Shown here in pieces: positions 1 through 9,741 of a DNA stretch of 32,507 nucleotides. Position numbers and translations under genes: made by a program. This DNA is from an uncultured Christensenella sp. (GTDB taxonomy: Bacteria; Bacillota; Clostridia; Christensenellales; Borkfalkiaceae), in assembly GCA_964487575.1 (NCBI GenBank), contig CAZARP010000003.1:12178-44684 (forward strand). Direction: 5' to 3'. Below the pieces are notes generated by a model, which was given only the letters and a program-made list of their open reading frames with translations, was not told the origin of the DNA and did not search any database. Position 1 is the stretch's first letter. Each line of letters starts with the position of its first letter.

Positions 1-255
1 TTTTTGAATAATTTTTCGGTGTTGTTATTCGAATATGCGCATATAAGCATAGATTTTTACAACCCGTTCGTGATAGCTTCCGGGCTTTTGATGCTGTGCG
101 GTTTTATTGCGTTTGTGCTTGTGCAAGGGCGCAGTCTGAAAGATGAAAAAACTGAAAAGCAACAAGACGAACGCGGAAGTTTCTGGGTGCCTTGCGGGGT
201 AGTCGGCGCCGCGGTGTACGTCGTCTTGATAGTCGTCGGGGTGATAGGCGCATGA
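1..255 (+). CDS. 3' end of a membrane-protein ORF entering from the left edge; function unknown
   Basis: Frame 1 is open from base 1 to the TGA at 253-255. There are two hydrophobic helix-like stretches (FVIASGLLMLCGFIAFVLV and VPCGVVGAAVYVVLIVVGVIG). The stop overlaps the next gene's ATG (ATGA at 252-255). The TTG at 4 used by the ORF track is probably not the true start. Confidence 0.35.
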   Translation, partial: FLNNFSVLLFEYAHISIDFYNPFVIASGLLMLCGFIAFVLVQGRSLKDEKTEKQQDERGSFWVPCGVVGAAVYVVLIVVGVIGA

Positions 256-722
256 TAAAGATATCCGTGGTTGCGGTAGGCAAGGTTAAAGAAAAATATT
301 TTTCCGACGGCATAACCGAATATGCCAAGCGTTTGTCGCGATTTTGCGAATTTAAGATAATCGAGGTAAAAGAGGAAAACTTCGCCAAAGTCGGCGCCTC
401 GGAGAGGGAGATTATAAAACGCAGAGAGGCGGAAAGGATTGAGCCGTATCTTAAAGGCAAGGTCTTTGCTATGGCGATAGAGGGCGAGCAATTATCGAGC
501 GAGGGGTTTTCTAAACTCATACGCGGCGCGGTCGACGCGTCGGGTGAAGTCACTTTCGTTATAGGCGGTTCGTACGGGCTTGACGACGAAATAAAAAGAC
601 GAGCGGACAAGTCGGTGTCTTTTTCGTCGATGACGTTTCCGCACACTATGTTCAGGCTTATGCTGACCGAACAGATTTATCGCGCGTTTTCTATAGACGA
701 GGGTAGCGCTTACCATAAATAA
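252..722 (+). CDS. rlmH: 23S rRNA (pseudouridine1915-N3)-methyltransferase RlmH
   Basis: The ATG at 252 gives 156 aa starting MIKISVVAVGKVKEKYF, a typical RlmH length. The C-terminus matches the SPOUT/RlmH signature (FVIGGSYGL...RAD...SFSSMTFPH...R..L.EQIYRA..I..GS.YHK). The track start at 192 adds an Arg-rich extension that overlaps the upstream ORF. Confidence 0.85.
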   Translation: MIKISVVAVGKVKEKYFSDGITEYAKRLSRFCEFKIIEVKEENFAKVGASEREIIKRREAERIEPYLKGKVFAMAIEGEQLSSEGFSKLIRGAVDASGEVTFVIGGSYGLDDEIKRRADKSVSFSSMTFPHTMFRLMLTEQIYRAFSIDEGSAYHK

Positions 723-738
723 ATCATATCATATTGAT

Positions 739-1524
739 ATGGATGTGTTGCGAGAACTGAGCGATTTTTATGAAAAATTCGACGGCGACAAAGGCGTTAC
801 GGGATATACCGCTCGCGGATTGCCGATATACTTTTTTTCGATTGTCAAATCGTCGACGCCCGTTGTTTTGGTACAATACGGAATACACGCCAGAGAATAC
901 GTGACGACGTATTTGGCATTGCGGCAGATAGACGATTTTCGTCGCAGAGGAAAGAAGGGCGCCGTTTATTTTATACCGGCGGTTAATCCCGAGGGTATAG
1001 CGATAACCAAAGTTTTGCCTTTGTATAAAGCGAACGGCAACGGCGTGGACTTAAACGTCAATTTCGACGCGGATTGGGGAACGGGTACGTCTAACGTGTT
1101 TATTCGTTCGAGCGAGAATTACGTCGGCAAAAGTCCGTTTTCGGAACGGGAAACTTCGGCGTTGAGGGATTTTACGCTCGCCGTCGCCCCCGACGTGACG
1201 GTTAGTTATCACAGCAAAGGCGAAGAAATCTATTATGCCTTTTCGCAAGATAAAAAGCGTTTGAAAAGAGATAAAAACATTGCCGAAAAGTTGTCCGACG
1301 TTACGGGGTATTCGTTAAAATTTACCGTAGGGTCGGCAGGCGGATATAAAGACTGGTGCATTGATAAACTTAAAATCCCGGCGTTGACCGTGGAAGTCGG
1401 CGACGACGGGCTGTCGCATCCTATAGGAAGGGAAAGCGTCGACGAAATTTTCGATAAAAACAAAGACGTGCTTAAAACGTTAACGGAGAAGATAAAATGG
1501 AAAAATTTATGCGTGCGGCGATAG
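739..1524 (+). CDS. M14-family zinc carboxypeptidase (gamma-D-glutamyl-diamino-acid peptidase-like)
   Basis: HxxE zinc motif (YGIHAREYVTT), VNPEG, DLNVNF (compare the DLNRNF motif of M14) and a downstream SYHSKGEEIYY histidine ligand region. No signal peptide and no obvious SD sequence. Confidence 0.75.
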   Translation: MDVLRELSDFYEKFDGDKGVTGYTARGLPIYFFSIVKSSTPVVLVQYGIHAREYVTTYLALRQIDDFRRRGKKGAVYFIPAVNPEGIAITKVLPLYKANGNGVDLNVNFDADWGTGTSNVFIRSSENYVGKSPFSERETSALRDFTLAVAPDVTVSYHSKGEEIYYAFSQDKKRLKRDKNIAEKLSDVTGYSLKFTVGSAGGYKDWCIDKLKIPALTVEVGDDGLSHPIGRESVDEIFDKNKDVLKTLTEKIKWKNLCVRR

Positions 1525-1955
1525 CGGAAGCCGAAAAAGCGCGTATCGAGGACGAAGTGCCGATAGGCGCGGTGATAGTGCTTGACGGCAAAATTATAGC
1601 GCGCGCACACAACAAAACCGAAAAAACCAATTCGGCGACCGCTCACGCGGAAGTGTTGGCTATACAAAAGGCGTGCAAAAAACTGAAAAGTTGGAGGCTG
1701 GAGCAAGCCGAGATGTACGTCACGGTGGAACCTTGCGCCATGTGCGCCGGCGCGATAGTCAACGCAAGAATGAAGAAGGTTTATTTCGGCGCGTACGAAC
1801 CTAAAAGCGGTTGCGCGGAGAGCAAATATTCCGTTTTAAAGGACGGCGGACTTAATCATTCGGTCGAATACGAGGGCGGAATGGAAAGAGAAATTTGTGA
1901 AAACCTCATAAAAAATTATTTTAAATCAAAGAGAATTAAAAAAAGCCTTGACTAA
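1497..1955 (+). CDS. tadA: tRNA-specific adenosine deaminase
   Basis: CDA-fold zinc motifs are present: HAE (TAHAEVLAI) and PCxxC (VEPCAMCAGAI). Size is about 150 aa. The start overlaps the end of the peptidase gene by 28 nt; an alternative ATG lies at 1509. Confidence 0.85.
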   Translation: MEKFMRAAIAEAEKARIEDEVPIGAVIVLDGKIIARAHNKTEKTNSATAHAEVLAIQKACKKLKSWRLEQAEMYVTVEPCAMCAGAIVNARMKKVYFGAYEPKSGCAESKYSVLKDGGLNHSVEYEGGMEREICENLIKNYFKSKRIKKSLD

Positions 1956-2021
1956 AATAATCTGAAAGGGTACAATAATAACGTACTATATGTACGCAAA
2001 GTTACATTAGGAGAAACTAAA

Positions 2022-2975
2022 ATGATTACTCACGGCAACTCTATCGAAATTTTAGCAGGCAATTCAAACAAGGCTCTCGCCGAAGCCGTCGCTAAACAAC
2101 TCAATCTTCCCGTAAGCGATGCGGAAGTCGGTAAATTCTCCGACGGCGAAATCAGCATCACGTTACCGCAGACGGTCAGGGGTAAAGATATTTTTATTAT
2201 CCAATCGACTTCCGCTCCGGTTAACGACAACCTTATGGAACTGCTTATCATGATCGACGCTTGTAAGAGGGCGTCCGCCGGCAGAATAACGGCGGTTATG
2301 CCTTACTTCGGCTACGCAAGGCAGGATAGGAAGGCTCGCCCCAGAGACCCGATTACGGCAAAATTGGTGGCGGACATATTGGCAAGCGCAGGCGCGGACA
2401 GGGTGATGACTATGGACTTGCACGCGGCGCAAATACAAGGCTTCTTCGATATACCCGTCGACCATTTGTACGGCGCACCGCTTCTTGCAAAATATTTCAA
2501 GAACAAAATGGACGAAAACTGGGTTGTCGTTTCGCCCGACGTCGGTTCCGTCGGCAGAGCGAGAAATTTCGCGTCGAGGGTTAACGCCTCCATCGCCATC
2601 GTGGACAAGCGCAGACCTAAAGCCAACGCTATAGAAATAATGAATATAATCGGCGACGTTAAAGGTAAGACTTGTCTTATGGTCGACGATATGATAGATA
2701 CTGCCGGCACTATATGCCAAGGTGCCGAAGCGCTGGTTAAAAACGGCGCTAAAGAAGTTTACGCGTGTTGCACGCACGGCGTATTCTCCGGCCCGGCAAT
2801 GGATAGGATAAACGCTTCCCCCATAAAAGAATTGGTTGTTTTAGATACGATCGATATGCCGGAAAACGTTAAGAATAATCCTAAAATCAAGGTTTTAAGC
2901 GTAGCCAAAGCGGTAGCGAAAGCAATAGCGGCTGTTTACTCCGACTCTTCGTTGTCCGCAATCTACGAAGACTGA
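2022..2975 (+). CDS. prs: ribose-phosphate pyrophosphokinase
   Basis: 317 aa. Contains [38 protein letters not shown] and the PRPP-binding loop [11 protein letters not shown]. The RBS GGAG lies upstream of the ATG at 2022. Confidence 0.95.
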   Translation: MITHGNSIEILAGNSNKALAEAVAKQLNLPVSDAEVGKFSDGEISITLPQTVRGKDIFIIQSTSAPVNDNLMELLIMIDACKRASAGRITAVMPYFGYARQDRKARPRDPITAKLVADILASAGADRVMTMDLHAAQIQGFFDIPVDHLYGAPLLAKYFKNKMDENWVVVSPDVGSVGRARNFASRVNASIAIVDKRRPKANAIEIMNIIGDVKGKTCLMVDDMIDTAGTICQGAEALVKNGAKEVYACCTHGVFSGPAMDRINASPIKELVVLDTIDMPENVKNNPKIKVLSVAKAVAKAIAAVYSDSSLSAIYED

Positions 2976-2990
2976 TAATAACGTCAAAAG

Positions 2991-3021
2991 AAAAAAGCCG
3001 TTACCAGATAACGGCTTTTTT
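2991..3021 (+). terminator. rho-independent terminator after prs
   Basis: The AAAAGCCGTTA / TAACGGCTTTT stem has a CCAGA loop and runs into a T tract (3016-3021). Confidence 0.6.
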
Positions 3022-3037
3022 AACGGGTTGAATAACT

Positions 3038-3616
3038 ATGAAAATAATCGTCGGTCTCGGTAATCCGGGCAGTGAGTACGAAAACACTTTCCATAATCTC
3101 GGATTTAAGTCCATCGACGCTGCGGCGCGGTTCTTGGGCGTGCGCTTCGATAAGGAAAAATTTAAGGGTTTGATTGCCGAAACGAAAATCAACGGCGAAA
3201 AGGTTATACTTTTAAAACCGCAAACGTATATGAATTTAAGCGGAGAAAGCGTAAAAGAGGTTATGTCGTTTTACAAGGCGGACCTTAAAGATTTGCTTGT
3301 TATTTACGACGACGTGGATTTGTATAAGGGTTCCGTCCGCATACGCGAAAGCGGTTCCGCCGGGACGCATAACGGTATGCGCAACATCGTCAAAGAACTC
3401 GGCAGCGGTAATTTTTTGCGCGTGCGCGTAGGCTTTAAGCCGATAGGCGGCATAAATATACCGCTTGTGGATTACGTGCTTTCGGGGATAAAGGCGCCGG
3501 ACGCCGAAACGTTTGCCGAAGTCACCGCGCTCGCGGGGCGCGCCGCCGCGGATTTCGCGGAGGGCGTATCGTCGCAACAAATAATGCAAAAGTATAATTT
3601 AACCGTGCAACCGTAA
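3038..3616 (+). CDS. pth: peptidyl-tRNA hydrolase
   Basis: The N-terminus is IVGLGNPGSEYENTFHNLGF, followed by LLKPQTYMNLSGESV and GSAGTHNGMRNI. These are canonical Pth motifs. It sits in the conserved position next to prs and mfd. Confidence 0.95.
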   Translation: MKIIVGLGNPGSEYENTFHNLGFKSIDAAARFLGVRFDKEKFKGLIAETKINGEKVILLKPQTYMNLSGESVKEVMSFYKADLKDLLVIYDDVDLYKGSVRIRESGSAGTHNGMRNIVKELGSGNFLRVRVGFKPIGGINIPLVDYVLSGIKAPDAETFAEVTALAGRAAADFAEGVSSQQIMQKYNLTVQP

Positions 3617-3656
3617 TCGATTTTAATCGGGCGAAATCGTTCGCCTTCGGTACTAT

Positions 3657-6600
3657 ATGTTGGAACGACTTTCAGAATTAAAAAACGGCGTTAATTCCGT
3701 GTCGGAATTAACCGAATATATCCGCCAAGGCATACCTTCGGCGGTTTTCGGCGTTACGGACGCGTTTAAGTACTTTCTCGCTTCTCAAATAGAGGATAAG
3801 GTTTTATACGTGACGAGGGACGCCGTTTCGGCTTACGCCGCGGCAGAAGCGATAACGGCTTTTTCGGGCAAAAAGGCGGTATATATTCCGCCGAAAGACG
3901 AAAATCTTTTGATTACGCGCGCGCACTCTAAGGATAACGAAATTAAGAGAACCAATGCGCTTTACGAGTCGGAAGCCGCCTCTTGTATAGTCGTAACCAT
4001 AGAAACTTTGTTGTGCGGTTGCCCTAAAAAATCGGAATGTTTGACGATTGTAAAGGGTGAGCGTTTCGAACGCGACGACGTTGTAAAATTGCTTGTCGGA
4101 ATGAATTATAAACGGGTGGAAGCGGTAGAAGACAAGGGTACGTTTGCCGTTCGCGGCGACGTGTTGGACGTTTTTGCGATAAATTCCGACGAGCCGATAA
4201 GGATAGATTTTTTCGACGACGAGATTGAAAACGTCAAAATATTCGACCACGAAACGAGGAAGAATTTAGGCGCGGTTACGGAAGCCGTCGTATTGCCGAA
4301 TTGCGAATATCGTTTTACGGAAGAAGATTTTGCAAAAATAAAGGCGGAAGTATTAAAGGACGTCCGCGAAAATAAAGCGGGCGACGCGGCTAAAATGCGG
4401 ACAGTCGCCGACGACGTGTTGACGGCGATTGACGAACGTAATTGCGATATACTTTCCTCGTTCGCGTCGCTTTGCGACGGATACGGGGACCTTTTCGACC
4501 GCTTAGACGGCAATGCGGTTATCGTGCTTGACGAGCCGAAAAGGATAAAAGAGTTAGCAGAACTTACCGTTACCGAATTCACCGAGCGGTTTAACGCGAT
4601 GCGTGCCGCCGGCGAAGCGTTCGGCTTTGCGAAAAATAATTTTAAAACCGTCGAACGGGTCACGGAAGATATGAATAAGTATCGCTTGGCGGCGATGCAG
4701 AATTTATCTTCCTCGGTCGCTTTTTTTAATCCGCTAAAGATTGTGACGCCGACGGTTAGCGCGGTCTCCAATTATCGTTTGGATTTTAAAGAGGTATACG
4801 GCGATATTAAAAACTGGCTTTTTTCCGGTTACACGGTCCTTGCTTGCGCAGGGTCGAGAAAGCGTGCCGACAAATTTGTTTCCGACCTCTCCGACAACGA
4901 GATTGCCGTTTCGGGCAAGCCGCGCGGCGTAACGGTTTCTGCGGAGACTTTGCCGAACGGGTTTGTTTTTCACGAGACGAAGACAGCCGTTATCGGCAGC
5001 GGAAATCTTTTCGTTAAACCGCAAAGCGTTAAAAGGACTTCGAGAAAGAAAAACGTGTTCTTTACCGCGCCCGAGGTGGGCGATTACTGCGTGCACGAAA
5101 TACACGGTATCGGCAGAGTGCTCGGCAATAAAAAAATCAGCACGACCGAGGGGACCAAAGACTACGTGGCGGTGGAATACGCCAAGGGCGATATTTTATA
5201 CGTTCCCGTCGAGCAAATGGATATACTTACAAGGTATCTCGGCGGCGAACGCAAGCCCAAACTTTCCGACATAGGCGGAAAAGATTTCGAAAGGATAAAA
5301 AAACAAGTCAAAGAAAGCATTAAAAAGATGTCTTTCGACCTAAAGAAGCTGTACGAGGAGCGCAACTCGCTCACGGGACATAAATTTGCCGAGGAAAGGG
5401 AATTGCAGGAACTGTTCGAAGACGCCTTCCCGTTCGAAGAAACGCCCGACCAAGAAGCCGCGAACGCCGATATTAAAAAGGATATGACGAGCGGTAAGGT
5501 TATGGACAGACTGGTGTGCGGCGACGTCGGCTTCGGCAAAACGGAAGTGGCGTTTCGCGCGGTTTTCCGCGCCGTTGCCGACGGGAAACAAGCGGCTATG
5601 CTTGCACCGACGACTATTTTGGCGGAACAACATTACAACACGGCGTTAGAAAGGTTTAAGGGCTTCGGTGTCAGAATAGCGGCGCTGAACAGATTTAAAA
5701 AACCCGCCGAACAGAAAGTTATTATAGAAAAACTTAAAAAAGGCGAAATAGATTTCGTTATAGGCACGCACAGATTGCTGTCTAAAGACGTGGGGTTCTT
5801 CGATCTGGGACTGTTGGTTTTGGACGAAGAACAGCGCTTCGGAGTGGAGCACAAAGAACGCATAAAACTGATGAAAAAGAACGTCGATACGTTAACGCTG
5901 ACGGCGACGCCCATACCGCGAACGCTGCATATGTCGTTGTCGGGCATCCGCGCGATAAGTACTATAAACACGCCGCCGAAAAAGCGCTTGCCCGTTCAGA
6001 CGTTCGTTACCGAACAGACGGACGCGTTGATAAAAGACGCCGTAACGAGAGAAATCAATCGCGGCGGTCAGGCTTTCATATTATATAATCGCGTGGACGG
6101 TATTTTTAAATTCGCGACGGAAATGCAGAATTTACTCGGCGACGTGAAAATCACCGTCGTTCACGGGCAGATGGACGAAAGCACGATGGAAAAGAACATT
6201 CTGACTTTCTATCGCGGAGAGAGCGACGTTTTGGTTTCTACCACGATAATCGAAAACGGGGTGGATTTGCCCAGGGCAAACACGCTTATAGTGATAGACG
6301 CCGACAGACTGGGTTTGTCTACTTTATATCAGTTAAAAGGCAGGGTCGGCAGAAGCAACAGACTGGCTTACGCTTATTTTACCTTTAAGCGCGATAAAAT
6401 ATTGAGCGACACGGCTTTTGAAAGGCTTAACGCCATTACCGATTTTACCGAAATGGGAAGCGGAATAAAAATCGCGATGCGCGACCTTGAAATCCGCGGC
6501 GCCGGCAACGTGCTCGGTGCGGAACAGCACGGGCATATGGATAAAGTGGGGTACGAATTATATTCTAAACTGTTAAAAGAAGAATTGACAGGGGAAGAAG

Positions 6601-7046
6601 AGGTGTTCCCCGAACTCGATATACGCGTAACCGCATATATACCGGAGAGGTATATAGAAAGCAACGTATCGCGAATGGACGCCTATAAACAAATTGCCGA
6701 AATTGTTACGAAAGACGACGAACGCGATTTTATAGCGTATGCGGAAGAAACGTTCGGGAAGCTGCCGATTGAGACCGTCAATCTTATAAACATAGCGGTC
6801 GTTAAACGTATGGCGATGAAGTTCGGCGCTTCGGAAATCAACGTTAAAAAAGAGGAAGTAAGTTTGGTATTCGAAAACTTCAAAGTTTTTGCCGACGGAA
6901 AACTTGCCGACGCCGTGGACGCGAGCAAAGGCAGAACGCGCATATCCGTGTCGGGCAAACCCAAGATAGAGTTTGCGAAACGAGAAGGGAGCAATGCCGA
7001 TATGCTTGCCGAAATGCGCTTGTTTTTAGAGGAAGCGACCGTTTAA
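3657..7046 (+). CDS. mfd: transcription-repair coupling factor
   Basis: 1129 aa. Has a UvrB-homology N-terminus and a CarD-like segment (GDYCVHEIHGIGRV...YVAVEYAKGDILYVPVEQ). Also has Walker A (GDVGFGKTEVA), DEEQ (LVLDEEQRFGV), helicase motif VI (QLKGRVGRS) and the TRG region. Confidence 0.95.
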   Translation: MLERLSELKNGVNSVSELTEYIRQGIPSAVFGVTDAFKYFLASQIEDKVLYVTRDAVSAYAAAEAITAFSGKKAVYIPPKDENLLITRAHSKDNEIKRTNALYESEAASCIVVTIETLLCGCPKKSECLTIVKGERFERDDVVKLLVGMNYKRVEAVEDKGTFAVRGDVLDVFAINSDEPIRIDFFDDEIENVKIFDHETRKNLGAVTEAVVLPNCEYRFTEEDFAKIKAEVLKDVRENKAGDAAKMRTVADDVLTAIDERNCDILSSFASLCDGYGDLFDRLDGNAVIVLDEPKRIKELAELTVTEFTERFNAMRAAGEAFGFAKNNFKTVERVTEDMNKYRLAAMQNLSSSVAFFNPLKIVTPTVSAVSNYRLDFKEVYGDIKNWLFSGYTVLACAGSRKRADKFVSDLSDNEIAVSGKPRGVTVSAETLPNGFVFHETKTAVIGSGNLFVKPQSVKRTSRKKNVFFTAPEVGDYCVHEIHGIGRVLGNKKISTTEGTKDYVAVEYAKGDILYVPVEQMDILTRYLGGERKPKLSDIGGKDFERIKKQVKESIKKMSFDLKKLYEERNSLTGHKFAEERELQELFEDAFPFEETPDQEAANADIKKDMTSGKVMDRLVCGDVGFGKTEVAFRAVFRAVADGKQAAMLAPTTILAEQHYNTALERFKGFGVRIAALNRFKKPAEQKVIIEKLKKGEIDFVIGTHRLLSKDVGFFDLGLLVLDEEQRFGVEHKERIKLMKKNVDTLTLTATPIPRTLHMSLSGIRAISTINTPPKKRLPVQTFVTEQTDALIKDAVTREINRGGQAFILYNRVDGIFKFATEMQNLLGDVKITVVHGQMDESTMEKNILTFYRGESDVLVSTTIIENGVDLPRANTLIVIDADRLGLSTLYQLKGRVGRSNRLAYAYFTFKRDKILSDTAFERLNAITDFTEMGSGIKIAMRDLEIRGAGNVLGAEQHGHMDKVGYELYSKLLKEELTGEEEVFPELDIRVTAYIPERYIESNVSRMDAYKQIAEIVTKDDERDFIAYAEETFGKLPIETVNLINIAVVKRMAMKFGASEINVKKEEVSLVFENFKVFADGKLADAVDASKGRTRISVSGKPKIEFAKREGSNADMLAEMRLFLEEATV

Positions 7047-7184
7047 AAAGAAAAAAATCGTTTAGTTGCCGTTCGGATGTTTTTCTATTCGGAAAAAACC
7101 GTAAAAAACGATTGCTTTTTTTGACGGTATGGTATATACTAATTGAGTATAACGCTATTTTACACTTATTCAGTGGGAGGATAT

Positions 7185-9077
7185 ATGAAAAAAAGACTGT
7201 TTGCGTTCGTTGCGCTCGTGTTATCCGTACTTATGTGCGCGACTTCGCTGTGCGGTTGCTCTTTAGTAACCAAAAATTCCGAAAAAGATATGGGACAAGT
7301 TGTCGCCACCGTCAATCTCGGCGATGCGTATTCCGACGAAATCACTAAACAGGAACTTGTTCTTGCTTATATGAACTACGGCTACGTTTACACGCAGTAT
7401 TACGGTAAAACTCAGGAAGAAACCATTGAATTGTTGATGGACAGCCTTATCAATACCAAAGTGCTCGCGCTTAACGCGATGAAAGAATTTGACGAAAGCG
7501 AAGCGTCTTTTTTGAATAAGGACATTGCCAAAGGCAATCCGGCAAGATATCTTACCGAAGAGGAGAAAATCGACGCTAAGTATAATACGTTGAAGGACAT
7601 CAACTCGCTTCTCGACAGTTACGAGGTTACCGGGGAAGAAGACAAAAAAGACAGCCTTACCGAAACGGTGAGGACGGTTCCTACGGGTGCTGCCAATGCC
7701 GAGAAAGAAGAAAACAAAGCGGATTTTAAAGTAGACATCAACAGCACCGCGGCAAGAAGGAAGGCATACGGTAAAGTCGTTAGGTTGCTTGAGAGTTACA
7801 ATATGCTCGGCGAAGGGTTCGAAGATTACGGTAACCTCGATAAAACCGATTATTACAGCCGTTCGCTTGACAGTTACTACACTTCCGCGATAATAGAAAA
7901 ATACGAGGACGGTATAAATTCCGCCGCGCGTGCGGAATTCGGGTTTGCCGACCTCGCCGAATATTTCGAAAAGGAATACAAAAAACAACAAGAATGGAGC
8001 AATGAAGATTTTGTTTCGGCATTGTCTTCTGCCTCCGTATCGTCTCCCGTGCTTTACAGTGCGTACGGCACCTACGGGTACGTGTATAATTTGCTTTTGG
8101 GTGTGAGCGACGAACAGACCGATAAACTTAATGACATAGACGATGATTTGTCGGTTGCCGAAAAGGAAGCTCAAAGGAAGGTTATTCTTGCGGAAACGAC
8201 GGTTAAGGATTTGCGTTCTTCTTGGATACATTCCGGATACGATTTCGATTTCGCCACTAAAAAGTTTACCGGCGATTACACCTTCGCAAAGATAACCGAA
8301 GACGGTTCGACTGTCGCTAAAAACAGTTTGCCGTTTATGGGTGACGTGGTCGAACTTAAAGCGAAAACCGACGACGAAGCCGGCGAATACGACGTTACGC
8401 CGACCGTTTACGGGTTGGACGAATTTATTGCTTTTATGGATAATTACGTTTACGGCGCCGCGCAAAGCGGTGACGGTTCCGCCGTAAACAATAATATATA
8501 CAAACAAGTGACTTATACTTCGGGCGTGGAGGAATATGCGGAAAAGATTAATGAACTTCTTTTCGCCTTCTCTACCGACGACGGTTCGCTCAATACCTAT
8601 AAAGGTTACGTTATTAAGCCTGCCGTGGACGGCGCGGACTCCGAAGAATACGTTGAAACTTTTGCCGACGCCGGCAGACAGTTGTTGGAACTCGGCGGAC
8701 AGAGTTATATTATCGTGGCTTCCGATTTCGGTTATCACGTTATGTTCTTCTCGCAAGTTTATAAAGTCGGCGATACGGCTATCGACGGTTTGCTCGATAC
8801 CGACACGGCGGAGGATATGTTGGTTAAATATTTGAATGCGGTTTCGGGTAAGAACGAAGACAAGGCGTATTGGGAAGCCGAACTTGCAGACATAATAGAA
8901 AATTACGACGACCACGAAGACGACGAAGACTATTTGTATCTGGCGTTCAACGCGTTGACCTCGAATAAGGTGTCCAAAACTCTCGAACGTGAGGAAACGA
9001 AGGTTTCTAACAAGTACGTCAGGGAAGGCGACTACGTGGTTAAGTACGAAAGCAGATATTCCGATTTGCTCGGCTAA
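7185..9077 (+). CDS. large PrsA/SurA-like foldase lipoprotein (degenerate parvulin-like C-terminal region)
   Basis: The ATG at 7185 is preceded by GGGAGG. The signal peptide has a lipobox (MKKRLFAFVALVLSVLMCATSLCGC). The C-terminal part resembles the end of a PpiC/parvulin domain (STDDGS...GY..., SYIIVASDFGYHVMFF). A position just after mfd is where PrsA-like genes sit in many Firmicutes. The track start at 7143 is an unlikely upstream extension. Confidence 0.5.
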   Translation: MKKRLFAFVALVLSVLMCATSLCGCSLVTKNSEKDMGQVVATVNLGDAYSDEITKQELVLAYMNYGYVYTQYYGKTQEETIELLMDSLINTKVLALNAMKEFDESEASFLNKDIAKGNPARYLTEEEKIDAKYNTLKDINSLLDSYEVTGEEDKKDSLTETVRTVPTGAANAEKEENKADFKVDINSTAARRKAYGKVVRLLESYNMLGEGFEDYGNLDKTDYYSRSLDSYYTSAIIEKYEDGINSAARAEFGFADLAEYFEKEYKKQQEWSNEDFVSALSSASVSSPVLYSAYGTYGYVYNLLLGVSDEQTDKLNDIDDDLSVAEKEAQRKVILAETTVKDLRSSWIHSGYDFDFATKKFTGDYTFAKITEDGSTVAKNSLPFMGDVVELKAKTDDEAGEYDVTPTVYGLDEFIAFMDNYVYGAAQSGDGSAVNNNIYKQVTYTSGVEEYAEKINELLFAFSTDDGSLNTYKGYVIKPAVDGADSEEYVETFADAGRQLLELGGQSYIIVASDFGYHVMFFSQVYKVGDTAIDGLLDTDTAEDMLVKYLNAVSGKNEDKAYWEAELADIIENYDDHEDDEDYLYLAFNALTSNKVSKTLEREETKVSNKYVREGDYVVKYESRYSDLLG

Positions 9078-9098
9078 GTCGCCGAAAACAGGATATGG

Positions 9099-9126
9099 AA
9101 GGCAAAACGTTTCGTTTTGCCTTTTG
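9099..9126 (+). terminator. rho-independent terminator after the PrsA-like gene
   Basis: AAGGCAAAACG / CGTTTTGCCTT forms an 11 bp stem with a TTT loop, followed by TTTTG. Confidence 0.55.
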
Positions 9127-9138
9127 AAATACCAAGAA

Positions 9139-9741
9139 ATGATTTTATATTTCGATACCGAAACGACGGGGTTGTACCCCGGTGAAATTTGTCAGTTGGC
9201 GTACCTTATGCAGGACGCGGAAAAAACGGTGGCAAAGAATATGTTTTTTTCCGTTGACTACGTAGAAGTCGGCGCCTTCGCCGTTCACGGTTTTTCGCCG
9301 TCCGTATTGGCGGAATTATCCGACGGTAAAATATTTTGCGACAGAATAGACGAAATCGAAAAAGATTTTTTAAGCGCGGACGTCGTTGTCGCGCATAACT
9401 CGGCTTTTGATTTTTCGTTTATGCGTAAAGAATTCGAACGTTGCGGTAGAGAATTTTGCGTTAACGCGGAATTTTGTTCGATGAAGCGCACGGTGACTTT
9501 ATGTAAGTTGTCGAAAACGCGCGGCGCCGGATATAAGTATCCCAAGCTGTCGGAATTATGCGCGAACTTCGGCGTTACCGACGCCGATATCTGCGAAGAA
9601 ACGAAAAAGTTTTTCGGCAGCGAACTAAGTTTTCACGACGCGAGATACGACGTCGTTGCGACTTATTTATCGATAAACAAAGGAATGCAAACGGAGGACG
9701 CCTTAAAAGAGTTGTCTTCGGCGTTGAGGGTGAACGTATGA
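9139..9741 (+). CDS. DEDDh 3'-5' exonuclease (DnaQ / DNA polymerase III epsilon-like, stand-alone)
   Basis: Exo I (ILYFDTETTGL), Exo II (VVAHNSAFDFSFM) and Exo III (FHDARYDVVATY) are all present. The start is taken as the ATG at 9139 so that Exo I is included. The SD is weak and the start lies only 13 nt past the upstream terminator. The track start at 8989 overlaps the previous gene and the terminator. Confidence 0.8.
   Translation: MILYFDTETTGLYPGEICQLAYLMQDAEKTVAKNMFFSVDYVEVGAFAVHGFSPSVLAELSDGKIFCDRIDEIEKDFLSADVVVAHNSAFDFSFMRKEFERCGREFCVNAEFCSMKRTVTLCKLSKTRGAGYKYPKLSELCANFGVTDADICEETKKFFGSELSFHDARYDVVATYLSINKGMQTEDALKELSSALRVNV

Noticed and set aside
2163-6994. Numerous 60-220 aa antisense or off-frame ORFs inside prs, pth and mfd (for example 2163..2777 -, 4106..4771 -, 5162..5539 -)
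   Set aside because: They are embedded in confidently identified housekeeping genes. They lack start context and have no recognisable motifs.
7047-7184. A terminator or promoter between mfd and the PrsA-like gene (AATCGTTT...AAACGATT inverted repeat, T7 run, TTGACG at 7121)
   Set aside because: The stem arms are about 45 nt apart with a messy interior. No -10 hexamer lies at a workable spacing from the TTGACG, so I could not define either element convincingly.
7263-8915. A 550 aa ORF on the minus strand, fully antisense to the PrsA-like gene
   Set aside because: It has no RBS, signal or motif support. Its composition (F/V/R/I-rich, repetitive) is typical of an antisense shadow ORF. The + strand product has an RBS, a lipoprotein signal peptide and a parvulin-like motif.
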